A stretch of 64,000 nt of DNA from Eledone cirrhosa. Lineage: Eukaryota. The notes beneath the pieces were generated by a model, which ran no database searches, had not been told where the DNA came from, and worked only from the letters and a program-made list of their open reading frames with translations. How positions within the stretch are numbered: the stretch's first letter is position 1; every line of letters begins with the position of its first letter. Below, piece by piece: positions 41,101 to 56,100 of this stretch. Both the position numbers and the translations under genes were made by a program. The stretch lies in NCBI GenBank assembly GCA_964016885.1, contig OZ024743.1, positions 335,606,001 through 335,670,000 of the forward strand, given 5' to 3'.

Positions 41101-44100
41101 TTGCTGGTGGTGTCAGTGATGGTGGGGATGGTAGCTATGGTGATGTAGCTGGTAGTAACTTGATTGCTATTGTTGTTATTGCTGGTGGTATCATGATGGT
41201 GGGGATGGTAGCTATGGTGATGTAGCTGGTAGTAACTTGATTGCTATTGTTGTTATTGCTGCTGGTATCAGTGATGGTGGGGATGGTAGCTATGGTGATG
41301 TAGCTGGTAGTAACATGATTGCTATTGTTGTTATTGCTGGTGGTGTCAGTGATGATGGGAATGGTAGCTATGGTGATGTAGCTGCTAGCAACATGATTGC
41401 TATTGTTGTTATTGCTGGTGGTGTCAGTGATTGTGGGGATGGTAGCTATGGTGATGTAGCTGCTAGCAACATGATTGCTATTGTTGTTATTGCTGGTGGT
41501 GTCAGTGATTGTGGGGATGGTAGCTATGGTGATGTAGCTGCTAGCAACATGATTGCTATTGTTGTTATTGCTGGTGGTGTCAGTGATGGTGGGGATGGTT
41601 TCTATGGTGATGTTGCTGGTAGCAACATGATTGCTATTGTTGTTATTGCTGGTGGTATCAGTGATGGTGGGGATGGTAGCTACGGTGATGTAGCTGGTAG
41701 TAACATGATTGCTATCGTTGTTATTGCTGGTGGTGTCAGTGATGGTGGGGATGGTAGATATGGTGATGTTGCTGGTAGTTACTTGATTGCTATTGTTGTT
41801 GCTGGTGGTGTTAGTGATGGTGGGGATGGTAGCTATGGTGATGTAGCTGGTAGTAACATGATTGCTATCGTTGTTATTGCTGGTGGTGTCAGTGATGGTG
41901 GGGATGGTAGATATGGTGATGTTGCTGGTAGTAACTTGATTGCTATTGTTGTTGTTGCTGGTGGTGTTAGTGATGGTGGGGATGGTAGCTATGGTGATGT
42001 AGCTGGTAGTAACATGATTGCTATTGTTGTTATTGCTAGTGGTGTCAGTGATGGTGTGGATGGTAGCTATGGTGATGCAGCTGCTAGCAACATGATTGCT
42101 ATTGTTGTTATTGCTGGTGGTGTCAGTGATGGTGGGGATGGTAGCTATGGTGATGTAGCTGCTAGTAACATGATTGCTATTGTTGTTATTGCTGGTGGTG
42201 TCAGTGATGGTGGGGTTGGTAGCTATGGTGATGTAGCTGGTAGTAACATGATTGCTATTGTTTTTGCTGGTGGTGTCAGTGATGGTGGGGATGGTAGCTA
42301 TGGTGATGTAGCTGGTAGTGACATGATTGCTATTGTTGTTATTGCTGGTGGTGTCAGTGATGGTGGGGATGGTAGCTATGGTGATGTAGCTGCTGGCAAC
42401 ATGATTGCTATTGTTGTTATTGCTGGTGGTGTCAGTGATGGTGGGGATGGTAGCTATGGTGATGTAGCTGCTAGCAACATGATTGCTATTGTTGTTATTG
42501 CTGGTGGTATCAGTGCTGGTGGGGATGGTAGCTATGGTGATGTAGATTGTAGTAACATGATTGCTATTGTTGTTATTGCTGGTGGTGTCAGTGATGGTGG
42601 GGATGGTAGCTATGGTGATGTAGCTGGTAGTAACATGATTGCTATTGTTGTTATTGCTGGTGGTGTCAGTGATGGTGGGGATGGTAGCTATGGTGATGTA
42701 GCTGGTAGTAACTTGATTGCTATTGTTGTTATCGCTGGTGGTGTCAGTGATGGTGGGGATGGTAGCTTTGGTGATGTAGCTGCCTTCAACATGATTGCTA
42801 TTGTTGTTATTGCTGGTGGTGTCAGTGATGGTGGGGATGGTTGCTATGGTGATGTAGCTGGTAGTAACATGATTGCTATTGTTGTTATTGCTGTTGGTGT
42901 CAGTGATGGTGGGGATGGTAGCTATGGTGATGTAGCTGGTAGTAACATGATTGCTATCGTTGTTATTGCTGGTGGTGTCAGTGATGGTGGGGATGGTAGC
43001 TATGGTGATGTAGCTGCTAGGAACATGATTGCTATTGTTGTTATTGCTGGTGGTGTTAGTGATGGTGGGGATGGCAGCTATGGTGATGTAGCTGGTAGCA
43101 ACATGATTGCTATTGTTGTTATTGCTGGTGGTGTCAGTGATGGTGGGGATGGTAGCTTTGGTGATGTAGCTGCCTTCAACATGATTGCTATTGTTGTTAT
43201 TGCTGGTGGTGTCAGTGATGGTGGGGATGGTTGCTATAGTGATGTAGCTGGTAGTAACATGATTGCTATTGTTGTTATTGCTGGTGGTGTCAGTGATGGT
43301 GGGGATGGTAGCTATGGTGATGTAGATGGTAGTAACATGATTGCTATTGTTGTTATTGCTGGTGGTGTCAGTGATGGTGGGGATGGTAGCTATGGTGATG
43401 TAGCTGGTAGCAACATGATTGCTATTGTTGTTATTGCTGGTGGTGTCAGTGATGGTGGGGATGGTAGCCATGGTGATGTAGCTGCTAGCAACATGATTGC
43501 TATTGTTGTTGTTGCTGGTGGTGTCAGTGATGGTGGGGATGGTAGCTATGGTGATGTAGCTGGTAGTGACATGATTGCTATTGTTGCTATTGCTGGTGGT
43601 GTCAGTGATGGTGGGGATGGTAGCTATGGTGATGTAGCTGGTAGTAACATGATTGCTATTGTTGTTATTGCTGGTGGTGTTAGTGATGGTGGGGATGGTA
43701 GCTATGGTGATGTAGCTGGTAGTAACATGATTGCTATTGTTGTTATTGCTGGTGGTGTCAGTGATGGTGGGGATGGTAGCTATGGTGATGTAGCTGGTAG
43801 GAACATGATTGCTATTGTTGTTATTGCTGGTGGTGTCAGTGATAGTGGGGATGGTAGCTATGGTGATGTAGATGGTAGTTACATGATTGCTATTGATGTT
43901 ATTGCTGGTGGTGTCAGTGATGTTGGGGATGGTAGCTATGGTGATGTAGCTGGTAGCAACATGATTGCTATTGTTGTTATTGCTGGTGGTGTCAGTGATG
44001 GTGGGGATGGTAGCTATGGTGATGTAGCTGGTAGTAACGTGATTGCTATTGTTGTTATTGCTGGTGGTGTCAGTGATGGTGGGGATGGTAGCCATGGTGA

Positions 44101-47100
44101 TGTAGCTGCTAGCAACATGATTGCTATTGTTGTTATTGCTGGTGGTGTCAGTGATGGTGGGGATGGTAGCTATGGTGATGTAGCTGGTAGTAACATGATT
44201 GCTATTGTTGTTATTGCTGGTGGTGTCAGTGATGGTGGGGATGGTAGCTATGGTGATGTAGCTGCTAGCAACATGATTGCTATTGTTGTTATTGCTGGTG
44301 GTATCAGTGATGGTGGGGATTGTAGCTATGGTGATGTAGCTGGTAGTAACAGGATTGCTATTGTTGTTATTGCTGGTGGTGTCAGTGATGTTGGGGATGG
44401 TAGCTATGGTGATGTAGCTGGTAGTAACATGATTGCTATTGTTGTTATTGCTGGTGGTGTCAGTGATGGTGGGGATGGTAGCTATGGTGATGTAGCTGCT
44501 AGCAACATGATTGCTATTGTTGTTATTGCTGGTGGTATCAGTGATGGTGGGGATTGTAGCTATGGTGATGTAGCTGGTAGTAACAGGATTGCTATTGTTG
44601 TTATTGCTGGTGGTGTCAGTGATGGTGGGGATGGTAGCTATGGTGATGTAGCTGCTAGCAACATGATTGCTATTGTTGTTATTGCTGGTGTTATCAGTGA
44701 TTGTGGCGATGGTAGCTATGGTGATGTAGCTTGTAGTAACATGATTGCTATTGTTGTTATTGCTGGTGGTGTCAGTGATGTAGGGGATGGTAGCTATGGT
44801 GATGTAGCTGGTAGTAACATGATTGCTATTGTTGTTATTGCTGGTGGTGTCAGTGATGGTGGGGATGGTAGCTATGGTGATGTAGCTGGTAGTAACATGA
44901 TTGCTATCGTTGTTATTGCTGGTGGTGTCAGTGATGGTGGGGATGGTAGATATGGTGATGTAGCTGGTAGTAACATGATTGCTATTGTTGTTATTGCTGG
45001 TGGTGTCAGTGATGGTGGGGATGGTAGCTATGGTGATGTAGCTGGTAGTAACATGATTGCTATTGTTGTTATTGCTGGTGGTGTCAGTGATGGTGGGGAT
45101 GGTAGCTATGGTGATGTAGTTGGTAGTAACATGATTGCTATCGTTGTTATTGCTGGTGGTGTCAGTGATGGTGGGGATGGTAGCTATGGTGATGTAGCTG
45201 GTAGTAACTTGATTGCTATTGTTGTTATTGCTGGTGGTATCAGTGATGGTGGGGATGGTAGCTATGGTGATGTAGCTGGTAGTAACTTGATTGCTATCGT
45301 TGTTATTGCTGGTGGTGACAGTGATAGTGGGGATCGTAGCTATGGTGATGTAGCTGGTAGTAACTTGATTGCTATCGTTGTTATTGCTGGTGGTGTCAGT
45401 GATGGCGGGGATGGTAGCTATGGTGATGTAGCTGGTAGTAACATGATTGCTATCGTTGTTATTGCTGGTGGTGTCAGTGATGGTGGGGATGGTAGCTATG
45501 GTGATGTAGCTGGTAGTAACTTGATTGCTATTGTTGTTATTGCTGGTGGTATCAGTGATGGTGGGGATGGTAGCTATGGTGATGTAGCTGGTAGTAACTT
45601 GATTGCTATTGTTGTTATTGCTGGTGGTATCAGTGATGGTGGGGATGGTAGCTATGGTGATGTAGCTGGTAGTAACTTGATTGCTATCGTTGTTATTGCT
45701 GGTGGTATCAGTGATGGTGGGGATGGTAGCTATGGTGATGTAGCTGGTAGTAACTTGATTGCTATCGTTGTTATTGCTGGTGGTGTCAGTGATGGTGGGG
45801 ATGGTAGCTATGGTGATGTAGCTGGTAGTAACATGATTGCTATCGTTGTTATTGCTGGTGGTGTCAGTGATGGTGGGGATGGTAGCTATGGTGATGTAGC
45901 TGGTAGTAACTTGATTGCTATTGTTGTTATTGCTGGTGGTATCAGTGATGGTGGGGATGGTAGCTATGGTGATGTAGCTGGTAGTAACTTGATTGCTATT
46001 GTTGTTATTGCTGGTGGTATCAGTGATGGTGGGGATGGTAGCTATGGTGATGTAGCTGGTAGTAACTTGATTGCTATTGTTGTTATTGCTGCTGGTATCA
46101 GTGATGGTGGGGATGGTAGCTATGGTGATGTAGCTGGTAGTAACATGATTGCTATTGTTGTTATTGCTGGTGGTGTCAGTGATGGTGGGGATGGTAGCTA
46201 TGGTGATGTAGCTGCTAGCAACATGATTGCTATTGTTGTTATTGCTGGTGGTGTCAGTGATTGTGGGGATGGTAGCTATGGTGATGTAGCTGGTAGTAAC
46301 TTGATTGCTATTGTTGTTATTGCTGCTGGTATCAGTGATGGTGGGGATGGTAGCTATGGTGATGTAGCTGGTAGTAACATGATTGCTATTGTTGTTATTG
46401 CTGGTGGTGTCAGTGATGGTGGGGATGGTAGATATGGTGATGTAGCTGGTAGTAACATGATTGCTATTGTTGTTATTGCTGGTGGTGTCAGTGATGGTGG
46501 GGATGGTAGCTATGGTGATGTAGCTGGTAGTAACATGATTGTTATTGTTGTTATTGCTGGTGGTGTCAGTGATTGTGGGGATGGTAGCTATGGTGATGTA
46601 GCTGGTAGTAACATGATTGATATTGTTGTTATTGCTGGTGGTGTCAGTGATGTTGGGGATGGTAGCTATGGTGATGTAGCTGGTAGTAACATGATTGCTA
46701 TTGTTGTTATTGCTGGTGGTGTCAGTGATGGTGGGGATGGTAGCTATGGTGATGTAGCTGGTAGTAACATGATTGTTATTGTTGTTATTGCTGGTGGTGT
46801 CAGTGATTGTGGGGATGGTAGCTATGGTGATGTAGCTGCTAGGAACATGATTGCTATTGTTGTTATTGCTGGTGGTGTCAGTGATGGTGGGGTTGGTAGC
46901 TATGGTGATGTAGCTGGTAGTAACATGAATGCTATTGTTATTGCTGGTGGTGTCAGTGATGGTGGGGATGGTAGCTATGGTGATGTAGCTGGTAGTAACA
47001 TGATTGCTATTGTTGTTATTGCTGGTGGTGTCAGTGATGTTGGGGATGGTAGCTATGGTGATGTAGCTGGTAGTAACATGATTGCTATTGATGTTATTGC

Positions 47101-50100
47101 TGGTGGTGTCAGTGATGGTGGGGATGGTAGCTATGGTGATGTAGCTGCTAGCAACATGATTGCTATTGTTGTTATTGCTGGTGGTGTCAGTGATTGTGGG
47201 GATGGTAGCTATGGTGATGTAGCTGCTAGCAACATGATTGCTATTGTTGTTATTGCTGGTGGTGTCAGTGATGGTGGGGATGGTTGCTATGGTGATGTAG
47301 CTGGTAGTAACATGATTGCTATTGTTGTTATTGCTGGTGGTGTCAGTGATGGTGGGGATGGTAGCTATGGTGATGTAGCTGGTAGTAACATGATTGCTAT
47401 TGTTGTTATTGCTGGTGGTGTCAGTGATGGTGGGGATGGTAGCTATGGTGATGTATATGGTAGTAACATGATTGCTATTGTTGTTATTGCTGGTGGTGTC
47501 ATTGATGGTGGGGATGGTAGCTATGGTGATGTAGCTGGTAGTAACATGATTGCTATTGTTGTTATTGCTGGTGGTGTCAGTGATGGTGGGGATGGTAGCT
47601 ATGGTGATGTAGATGGTAGTAACATGATTGCTATTGTTGTTATTGCTGGTGGTGTCATTGATGGTGGGGATGGTAGCTATGGTGATGTAGCTGGTAGTAA
47701 CATGATTGCTATTGATGTTATTGCTGGTAGTGTCAGTGATGGTGGGGATGGTAGCTATGGTGATGTAGCTGCTAGCAACATGATTGCTATTGTTGTTATT
47801 GCTGGTGGTGTCAGTGATGGTGGGGATGGTAGCTATGGTGATGTAGCTGGTTGTAACATGATTGCTATTGTTGTTGTTGCTGGTGGTGTCAGTGATGGTG
47901 GGGATGGTAGCTATGGTGATGTAGCTGGTAGTAACTTGATTGCTATTGTTGTTATTGCTGGTGGTGTCAGTGATGGTGGGGATGGTAGCTATGGTGATGT
48001 AGCTGCTAGCAACATGATTGCTATTGTTGTTATTGCTGGTGGTGTCAGTGATGGTGGGGATGGTAGCTATGGTGATGTAGCTGGTTGTAACATGATTGCT
48101 ATTGTTGTTGTTGCTGGTGGTGTCAGTGATGGTGGGGATGGTAGCTATGGTGATGTAGCTGGTAGTAACTTGATTGCTATTGTTGTTATTGCTGGTGGTG
48201 TCAGTGATGGTGGGGATGGTAGCTAAGGTGATGTAGCTGGTAGTAACATGATTGCTATTGTTGTTATTGCTGGTGGTGTCAGTGATGGTGGGAATGGTAG
48301 CTATGGTGATGTAGCTGGTAGTAACAGGATTGCTATTGTTGTTATTGCTGGTGGTTTCAGTGATGGTGGGGATGGTAGCTATGGTGATGTAGCTGCTAGC
48401 AACATGATTGCTATTGTTGTTATTGCTGGTGGTATCAGTGATGATGGGGATGGGAGCTTTGGTGATGTAGCTGGTAGTAACATGATTGCTATTGTTGTTA
48501 TTGCTGGTGGTGTCAGTGATGGTGGGGATGGTAGCTATGGTGATGTAGCTGCTAGCAACATGATTGCTATTGCTGTTATTGCTGGTGGTATCAGTGATGG
48601 TGGGGATGGTAGCTATGGTGATGTAGCTGGTAGTAACATGATTGCTATTGTTGTTATTGCTGGTGCTGTCAGTGATGGTGGGGATGGTAGCTATGGTGAT
48701 GTAGCTGGTAGTAACATGATTGCTATTGTTGTTATCGCTGGTGGTGTCAGTGATGGTGGGGATGGTAGCTATGGTGATGTAGCTGGTAGTAACATGATTG
48801 CTATTGTTGTTATTGCTGGTGGTGTCAGTGATGGTGGGGATGGGAGCTTTGGTGATGTAGATGGTAGTAACATGATTGCTATTGTTGTTATTGCTGGTGG
48901 TGTCAGTGATGGTGGGTATGGTAGCTATGGTGATGTAGCTGGTAGTAACATGATTGCTATCGTTGTTATTGCTGGTGGTGTTAGTGATGGTGGTGATGGT
49001 AGCTATGGTGATGTAGCTGGTAACAACATGATTGCTATTGTTGTTATTGCTGGTGGTGTCAGTGATGGTGGGGATGGTAGCTATGGTGATGTAGCTGGTA
49101 GTAACTTGATTGCTATTGTTGTTATTGCTGGTGGTATCAGTGATCGTGGGGATGGTAGCTATGGTGATGTAGCTTCTAGCAACATGATTGCTATTGTTGT
49201 TATTGCTGGTGGTATCAATGATGGTGGGGATGGTAGCTATGGTGATGTAGCTGGTAGTAACATGATTGCTATTGTTGTTATTGCTGGTGGTGTCAGTGAT
49301 GGTGGGGATGGTAGGTATGGTGATGTAGCTGCTAGCAACATGATTGCTATTGTTGTTATTGCTGGTGGTGTCAGTGATGGTGGGGATGGTAGCTATGGTG
49401 ATGTAGCTGGTAGTAACATGATTGCTATTGTTGTTATTGCTGGTGGTGTCAGTGATGGTGGGGATGGTAGCTATGGTGATGTACCTGCTAGCAACATGAT
49501 TGCTATTGTTGTTATTGCTGGTGGTGTCAGTGAAGGTGGGGATGGTAGCTATGGTGATGTAGCTGGTTGTAACATGATTGCTATTGTTGTTATTGCTGGT
49601 GGTGTCAGTGATGCTGGGGATGGTAGCTATGGTGATGTAGCTGGTAGTAACATGATTGCTATTGTTGTTATTGCTGGTGGTGTCAGTGATGGTGGGGATG
49701 GTTGCTATGGTGATGTAGCTGCTAGTAACATGATTGCTATTGTTGTTATTGCTGGTGGTGTCAGTGATGGTGGGGTTGGTAGCTATGGTGATGTAGCTGG
49801 TAGTAACATGAATGCTATTGTTATTGCTGGTGGTGTCAGTGATGGTGGGGATGGTAGCTATGGTGATGTAGCTGGTAGTAACATGATTGCTATTGTTGTT
49901 ATTGCTGGTGGTGTCAGTGATGTTGGGGATGGTAGCTATGGTGATGTAGCTGGAGGTAACAGGATTGCTATTGTTGTTATTGCTGGTGGTGTCGGTGATG
50001 TTGGGGATGGTAGCTATGGTGATGTAGCTGGTAGCAACATGATTGCTATTGTTGTTATTGCTGGTGGTGTCATTGATGGTTGGGATGGTAGCTATGGTGA

Positions 50101-53100
50101 TGTAGCTGGTAGTAACATGATTGCTATTGTTGTTATTGCTGGTGGTGTCAGTGATGGTGGGGATGGTAGCAATGGTGATGTAGCTGCTAGGAACATGATT
50201 GCAATTGTTGTTATTGCTGGTGCTGTCAGTGATGGTGGGGATGGTAGCTATGGTGATGTAGCTGGTAGTAACATGATTGCTATTGTTGTTATTGCTGGTG
50301 GTGTCAGTGATGGTGGGGATGGTAGCTATGGTGATGTAGCTGGTAGTAACATGATTGCTATTGTTGTTATTGCTGGTGGTGTCAGTGATGGTGGGGATGG
50401 TAGCTATGGTGATGTAGCTGGTAGTAACATGATTGCTATTGTTGTTATTGCTGGTGGTGTCAGTGATGGTGGGGATGGTAGCTATGGTGATGTAGCATCT
50501 AGCAACATGATTGCTATTGTTGTTATTGCTGGTGGTATCAGTGAAGGTGGGGATGGTAGCTATGGTGATTTAGCTGGTAGTAACATGATTGCTATTGTTG
50601 TTATTGCTGGTGGTGTCAGTGATGGTGGGGATGGTAGCTATGGTGATGTATCTGCTAGCAACATGATTGCTATTGTTGTTATTGCTGGTGGTGTCAGTGA
50701 TGGTGGGGATGGTAGCTATGGTGATGTAGCTGGTTGTAACATGATTGCTATTGTTGTTATTGCTGGTGGTGTCAGTGATTGTGGGGATGGTAGCTATGGT
50801 GATGTAGCTGCTAGCAACATGATTGCTATTGTTGTTATTGCTGGTGGTGTCAGTGATGGTGGGGATGGTTGCTATGGTGATGTAGCTGGTAGTAACATGA
50901 TTGCTATTGTTGTTATTGCTGGTGGTGTCAGTGATGGTGGGGATGGTAGTTATGGTGATGTAGCTGCTAGCAACATGATTGCTATTGTTGTTATTGCTGG
51001 TGGTGTCAGTGATGGTGGGGATGGTAGCAATGGTGATGTAGCTGCTAGGAACATGATTGCAATTGTTGTTATTGCTGGTGGTATCAGTGATGATGGGGAT
51101 GGTAGCTTTGGTGATGTAGCTGGTAGTAACATGATTGCTATTGTTGTTATTGCTGGTGGTGTCAGTGATGGTGGGGATTGTAGCTATGGTGATGTAGCTG
51201 GTAGTAACATGATTGCTATCGTTGTTATTGCTGGTGGTGTCAGTGATGGTGGGGATGGTAGATATGGTGATGTAGCTGGTAGTAACATGATTGCTATTGT
51301 TGTTATTGCTGGTGGTGTCAGTGATGGTGGGGATGGTAGCTATGGTGATGTAGCTGGTAGTAACATGATTGTTATTGTTGTTATTGCTGGTGGTGTCAGT
51401 GATGGTGGGGATGGTAGCTATGGTGATGTAGCTGGTAGTAACATGATTGCTATTGTTGTTATTGCTGGTGGGGTCAGTGATGGTGGGGATGGTAGCTATG
51501 GTGATGTAGCATCTAGCAACATGATTGCTATTGTTGTTATTGCTGGTGGTATCAGTGATGGTGGGGATGGTAGCTATGGTGATTTAGCTGGTAGTAACAT
51601 GATTGCTATTGTTGTTATTGCTGGTGGTGTCAGTGATGGTGGGGATGGTAGCTATGGTGATGTATCTGCTAGCAACATGATTGCTATTGTTGTTATTGCT
51701 GGTGGTGTCAGTGATGGTGGGGATGGTAGCTATGGTGATGTAGCTGGTTGTAACATGATTGCTATTGTTGTTATTGCTGGTGGTGTCAGTGATTGTGGGG
51801 ATGGTAGCTATGGTGATGTAGCTGCTAGCAACATGATTGCTATTGTTGTTATTGCTGGTGGTGTCAGTGATGGTGGGGATGGTTGCTATGGTGATGTAGC
51901 TGGTAGTAACATGATTGCTATTGTTGTTATTGCTGGTGGTGTCAGTGATGGTGGGGATGGTAGGTATGGTGATGTAGCTGCTAGCAACATGATTGCTATT
52001 GTTGTTATTGCTGGTGGTGTCAGTGATGGTGGGGATGGTAGCTATGGTGATGTAGCTGGTAGTAACATGATTGCTATTGTTGTTATTGCTGGTGGTGTCA
52101 GTGATGGTGGGGATGGTAGCTATGGTGATGTACCTGCTAGCAACATGATTGCTATTGTTGTTATTGCTGGTGGTGTCAGTGAAGGTGGGGATGGTAGCTA
52201 TGGTGATGTAACTGGTTGTAACATGATTGCTATTGTTGTTATTGCTGGTGGTGTCAGTGATGGTGGGGATGGTAGCTATGGTGATGTAGCTGGTAGTAAC
52301 ATGATTGCTATTGTTGTTATTGCTGGTGGTGTCAGTGATGGTGGGGATGGTTGCTATGGTGATGTAGCTGCTAGTAACATGATTGCTATTGTTGTTATTG
52401 GTGGTGGTGTCTGTGATGGTGGGGATGGTAGCTATGGTGATGTAGCTGCTAGCAACATGATTGCTATTGTTGTTATTGCTGGTGGTGTCAGTGATGGTGG
52501 GGTTGGTAGCTATGGTGATGTAGCTGGTAGTAACATGAATGGTATTGTTATTGCTGGTGGTGTCAGTGATGGTGGGGATGGTAGCTATGGTGATGTAGCT
52601 GGTAGTAACATGATTGCTATTGTTGTTATTGCTGGTGGTGTCAGTGATGTTGGGGATGGTAGCTATGGTGATGTAGCTGGAGGTAACAGGATTGCTATTG
52701 TTGTTATTGCTGGTGGTGTCGGTGATGTTGGGGATGGTAGCTATGGTGATGTAGCTGGTAGCAACATGATTGCTATTGTTGTTATTGCTGGTGGTGTCAT
52801 TGATGGTTGGGATGGTAGCTATGGTGATGTAGCTGGTAGTAACATGATTGCTATTGTTGTTATTGCTGGTGGTGTCAGTGATTGTGGGGATGGTAGCTAT
52901 GGTGATGTAGCTGCTAGCAACATGATTGCTATTGTTGTTATTGCTGGTGGTGTCAGTGATGGTGGGGATGGTTGCTATGGTGATGTAGCTGGTAGTAACA
53001 TGATTGCTATTGTTGTTATTGCTGGTGGTGTCAGTGATGGTGGGGATGGTAGTTATGGTGATGTAGCTGCTAGCAACATGATTGCTATTGTTGTTATTGC

Positions 53101-56100
53101 TGGTGGTGTCAGTGATGGTGGGGATGGTAGCAATGGTGATGTAGCTGCTAGGAACATGATTGCTATTGTTGTTATTGCTGGTGGTATCAGTGATGGTGGG
53201 GATTGTAGCTATGGTGATGTAGCTGGTAGTAACATGATTGCTATCGTTGTTATTGCTGGTGGTGTCAGTGATGGTGGGGATGGTAGATATGGTGATGTAG
53301 CTGGTAGTAACATGATTGCTATTGTTGTTATTGCTGGTGGTGTCAGTGATGGTGGGGATGGTAGCTATGGTGATGTAGCTGGTAGTAACATGATTGTTAT
53401 TGTTGTTATTGCTGGTGGTGTCAGTGATGGTGGGGATGGTAGCTATGGTGATGTAGCTGGTAGTAACATGATTGCTATTGTTGTTATTGCTGGTGGGGTC
53501 AGTGATGGTGGGGATGGTAGCTATGGTGATGTAGCATCTAGCAACATGATTGCTATTGTTGTTATTGCTGGTGGTATCAGTGATGGTGGGGATGGTAGCT
53601 ATGGTGATTTAGCTGGTAGTAACATGATTGCTATTGTTGTTATTGCTGGTGGTGTCAGTGATGGTGGGGATGGTAGCTATGGTGATGTAGCTGCTAGCAA
53701 CATGATTGCTATTGTTGTTATTGCTGGTGGTGTCAGTGATGGTGGGGATGGTAGCTATGGTGATGTAGCTGCTAGCAACAGGATTGCTATTGTTGTTATT
53801 GCTGGTGGTGTCGGTGATGTTGGGGATGGTAGCTATGGTGATGTAGCTGGTAGCAACATGATTGCTATTGTTGTTATTGCTGGTGGTGTCATTGATGGTT
53901 GGGATGGTAGCTATGGTGATGTAGCTGGTAGTAACATGATTGCTATTGTTGTTATTGCTGGTGGTGTCAGTGATGGTGGGGATGGTAGCTATGGTGATGT
54001 AGCTGCTAGGAACATGATTGCAATTGTTGTTATTGCTGGTGGTATCAGTGATGATGGGGATGGTAGCTTTGGTGATGTAGCTGGTAGTAACATGATTGCT
54101 ATTGTTGTTATTGCTGCTGGTGTCAGTGATGGTGGGGATGGTAGCTATGGTGATGTAGCTGGTAGTAACATGATTGCTATCGTTGTTATTGCTGGTGGTG
54201 TCAGTGATGGTGGTGATGGTAGATATGGTGATGTAGCTGGTAGTAACATGATTGCTATTGTTGTTATTGCTGGTGGTGTCAGTGATGGTGGGGATGGTAG
54301 CTATGGTGATGTAGCTGGTAGTAACATGATTGTTATTGTTGTTATTGCTGGTGGTGTCAGTGATGGTGGGGATGGTAGCTATGGTGATGTAGCTGGTAGT
54401 AACATGATTGCTATTGTTGTTATTGCTGGTGGTGTCAGTGATGGTGGGGATGGTAGCTATGGTGATGAAGCATCTAGCAACATGATTGCTATTGTTGTTA
54501 TTGCTGGTGGTATCAGTGAAGGTGGGGATGGTAGCTATGGTGATTTAGCTGGTAGTAACATGATTGCTATTGTTGTTATTGCTGGTGGTGTCAGTGATGG
54601 TGGGGATGGTAGCTATGGTGATGTATCTGCTAGCAACATGATTGCTATTGTTGTTATTGCTGGTGGTGTCAGTGATGGTGGGGATGGTAGCTATGGTGAT
54701 GTAGCTGGTTGTAACATGATTGCTATTGTTGTTATTGCTGGTGGTGTCAGTGATTGTGGGGATGGTAGCTATGGTGATGTAGCTGCTAGCAACATGATTG
54801 CTATTGTTGTTATTGCTGGTGGTGTCAGTGATGGTGGGGATGGTTGCTATGGTGATGTAGCTGGTAGTAACATGATTGCTATTGTTGTTATTGCTGGTGG
54901 TGTCAGTGATGGTGGGGATGGTAGTTATGGTGATGTAGCTGCTAGCAACATGATTGCTATTGTTGTTATTGCTGGTGGTGTCAGTGATGGTGGGGATGGT
55001 AGCAATGGTGATGTAGCTGCTAGGAACATGATTGCTATTGTTGTTATTGCTGGTGGTATCAGTGATGGTGGGGATTGTAGCTATGGTGATGTAGCTGGTA
55101 GTAACATGATTGCTATCGTTGTTATTGCTGGTGGTGTCAGTGATGGTGGGGATGGTAGATATGGTGATGTAGCTGGTAGTAACATGATTGCTATTGTTGT
55201 TATTGCTGGTGGTGTCAGTGATGGTGGGGATGGTAGCTATGGTGATGTAGCTGGTAGTAACATGATTGTTATTGTTGTTATTGCTGGTGGTGTCAGTGAT
55301 GGTGGGGATGGTAGCTATGGTGATGTAGCTGGTAGTAACATGATTGCTATTGTTGTTATTGCTGGTGGGGTCAGTGATGGTGGGGATGGTAGCTATGGTG
55401 ATGTAGCATCTAACAACATGATTGCTATTGTTGTTATTGCTGGTGGTATCAGTGATGGTGGGGATGGTAGCTATGGTGATTTAGCTGGTAGTAACATGAT
55501 TGCTATTGTTGTTATTGCTGGTGGTGTCAGTGATGGTGGGGATGGTAGCTATGGTGATGTAGCTGCTAGCAACATGATTGCTATTGTTGTTATTGCTGGT
55601 GGTGTCAGTGATGGTGGGGATGGTAGCTATGGTGATGTAGCTGCTAGCAACATGATTGCTATTGTTGTTATTGCTGGTGGTGTCAGTGATGGTGGGGATG
55701 GTAGCTATGGTGATGTAGCTGATAGTAACATGATTGCTATTGTTGTTATTGCTGGTGGTGTCAGTGATGGTGGGGATGGTAACTATGGTGATGTAGCTGG
55801 TAGTAACATGATTGTTATTGTTGTTATTGCTGGTGGTGTCAGTGATGGTGGGGATGGTAGCTATGGTGATGTAGCTGGTAGTAACATGATTGCTATTGTT
55901 GTTATTGCTGGTGGTGTCAGTGATGGTGGGGATGGTAGCTATGGTGATGTAGCATCTAGCAACATGATTGCTATTGTTGTTATTGCTGGTGGTATCAGTG
56001 ATGGTGGGGATGGTAGCTATGGTGATTTAGCTGGTAGTAACATGATTGCTATTGTTGTTATTGCTGGTGGTGTCAGTGATGGTGGGGATGGTAGCTATGG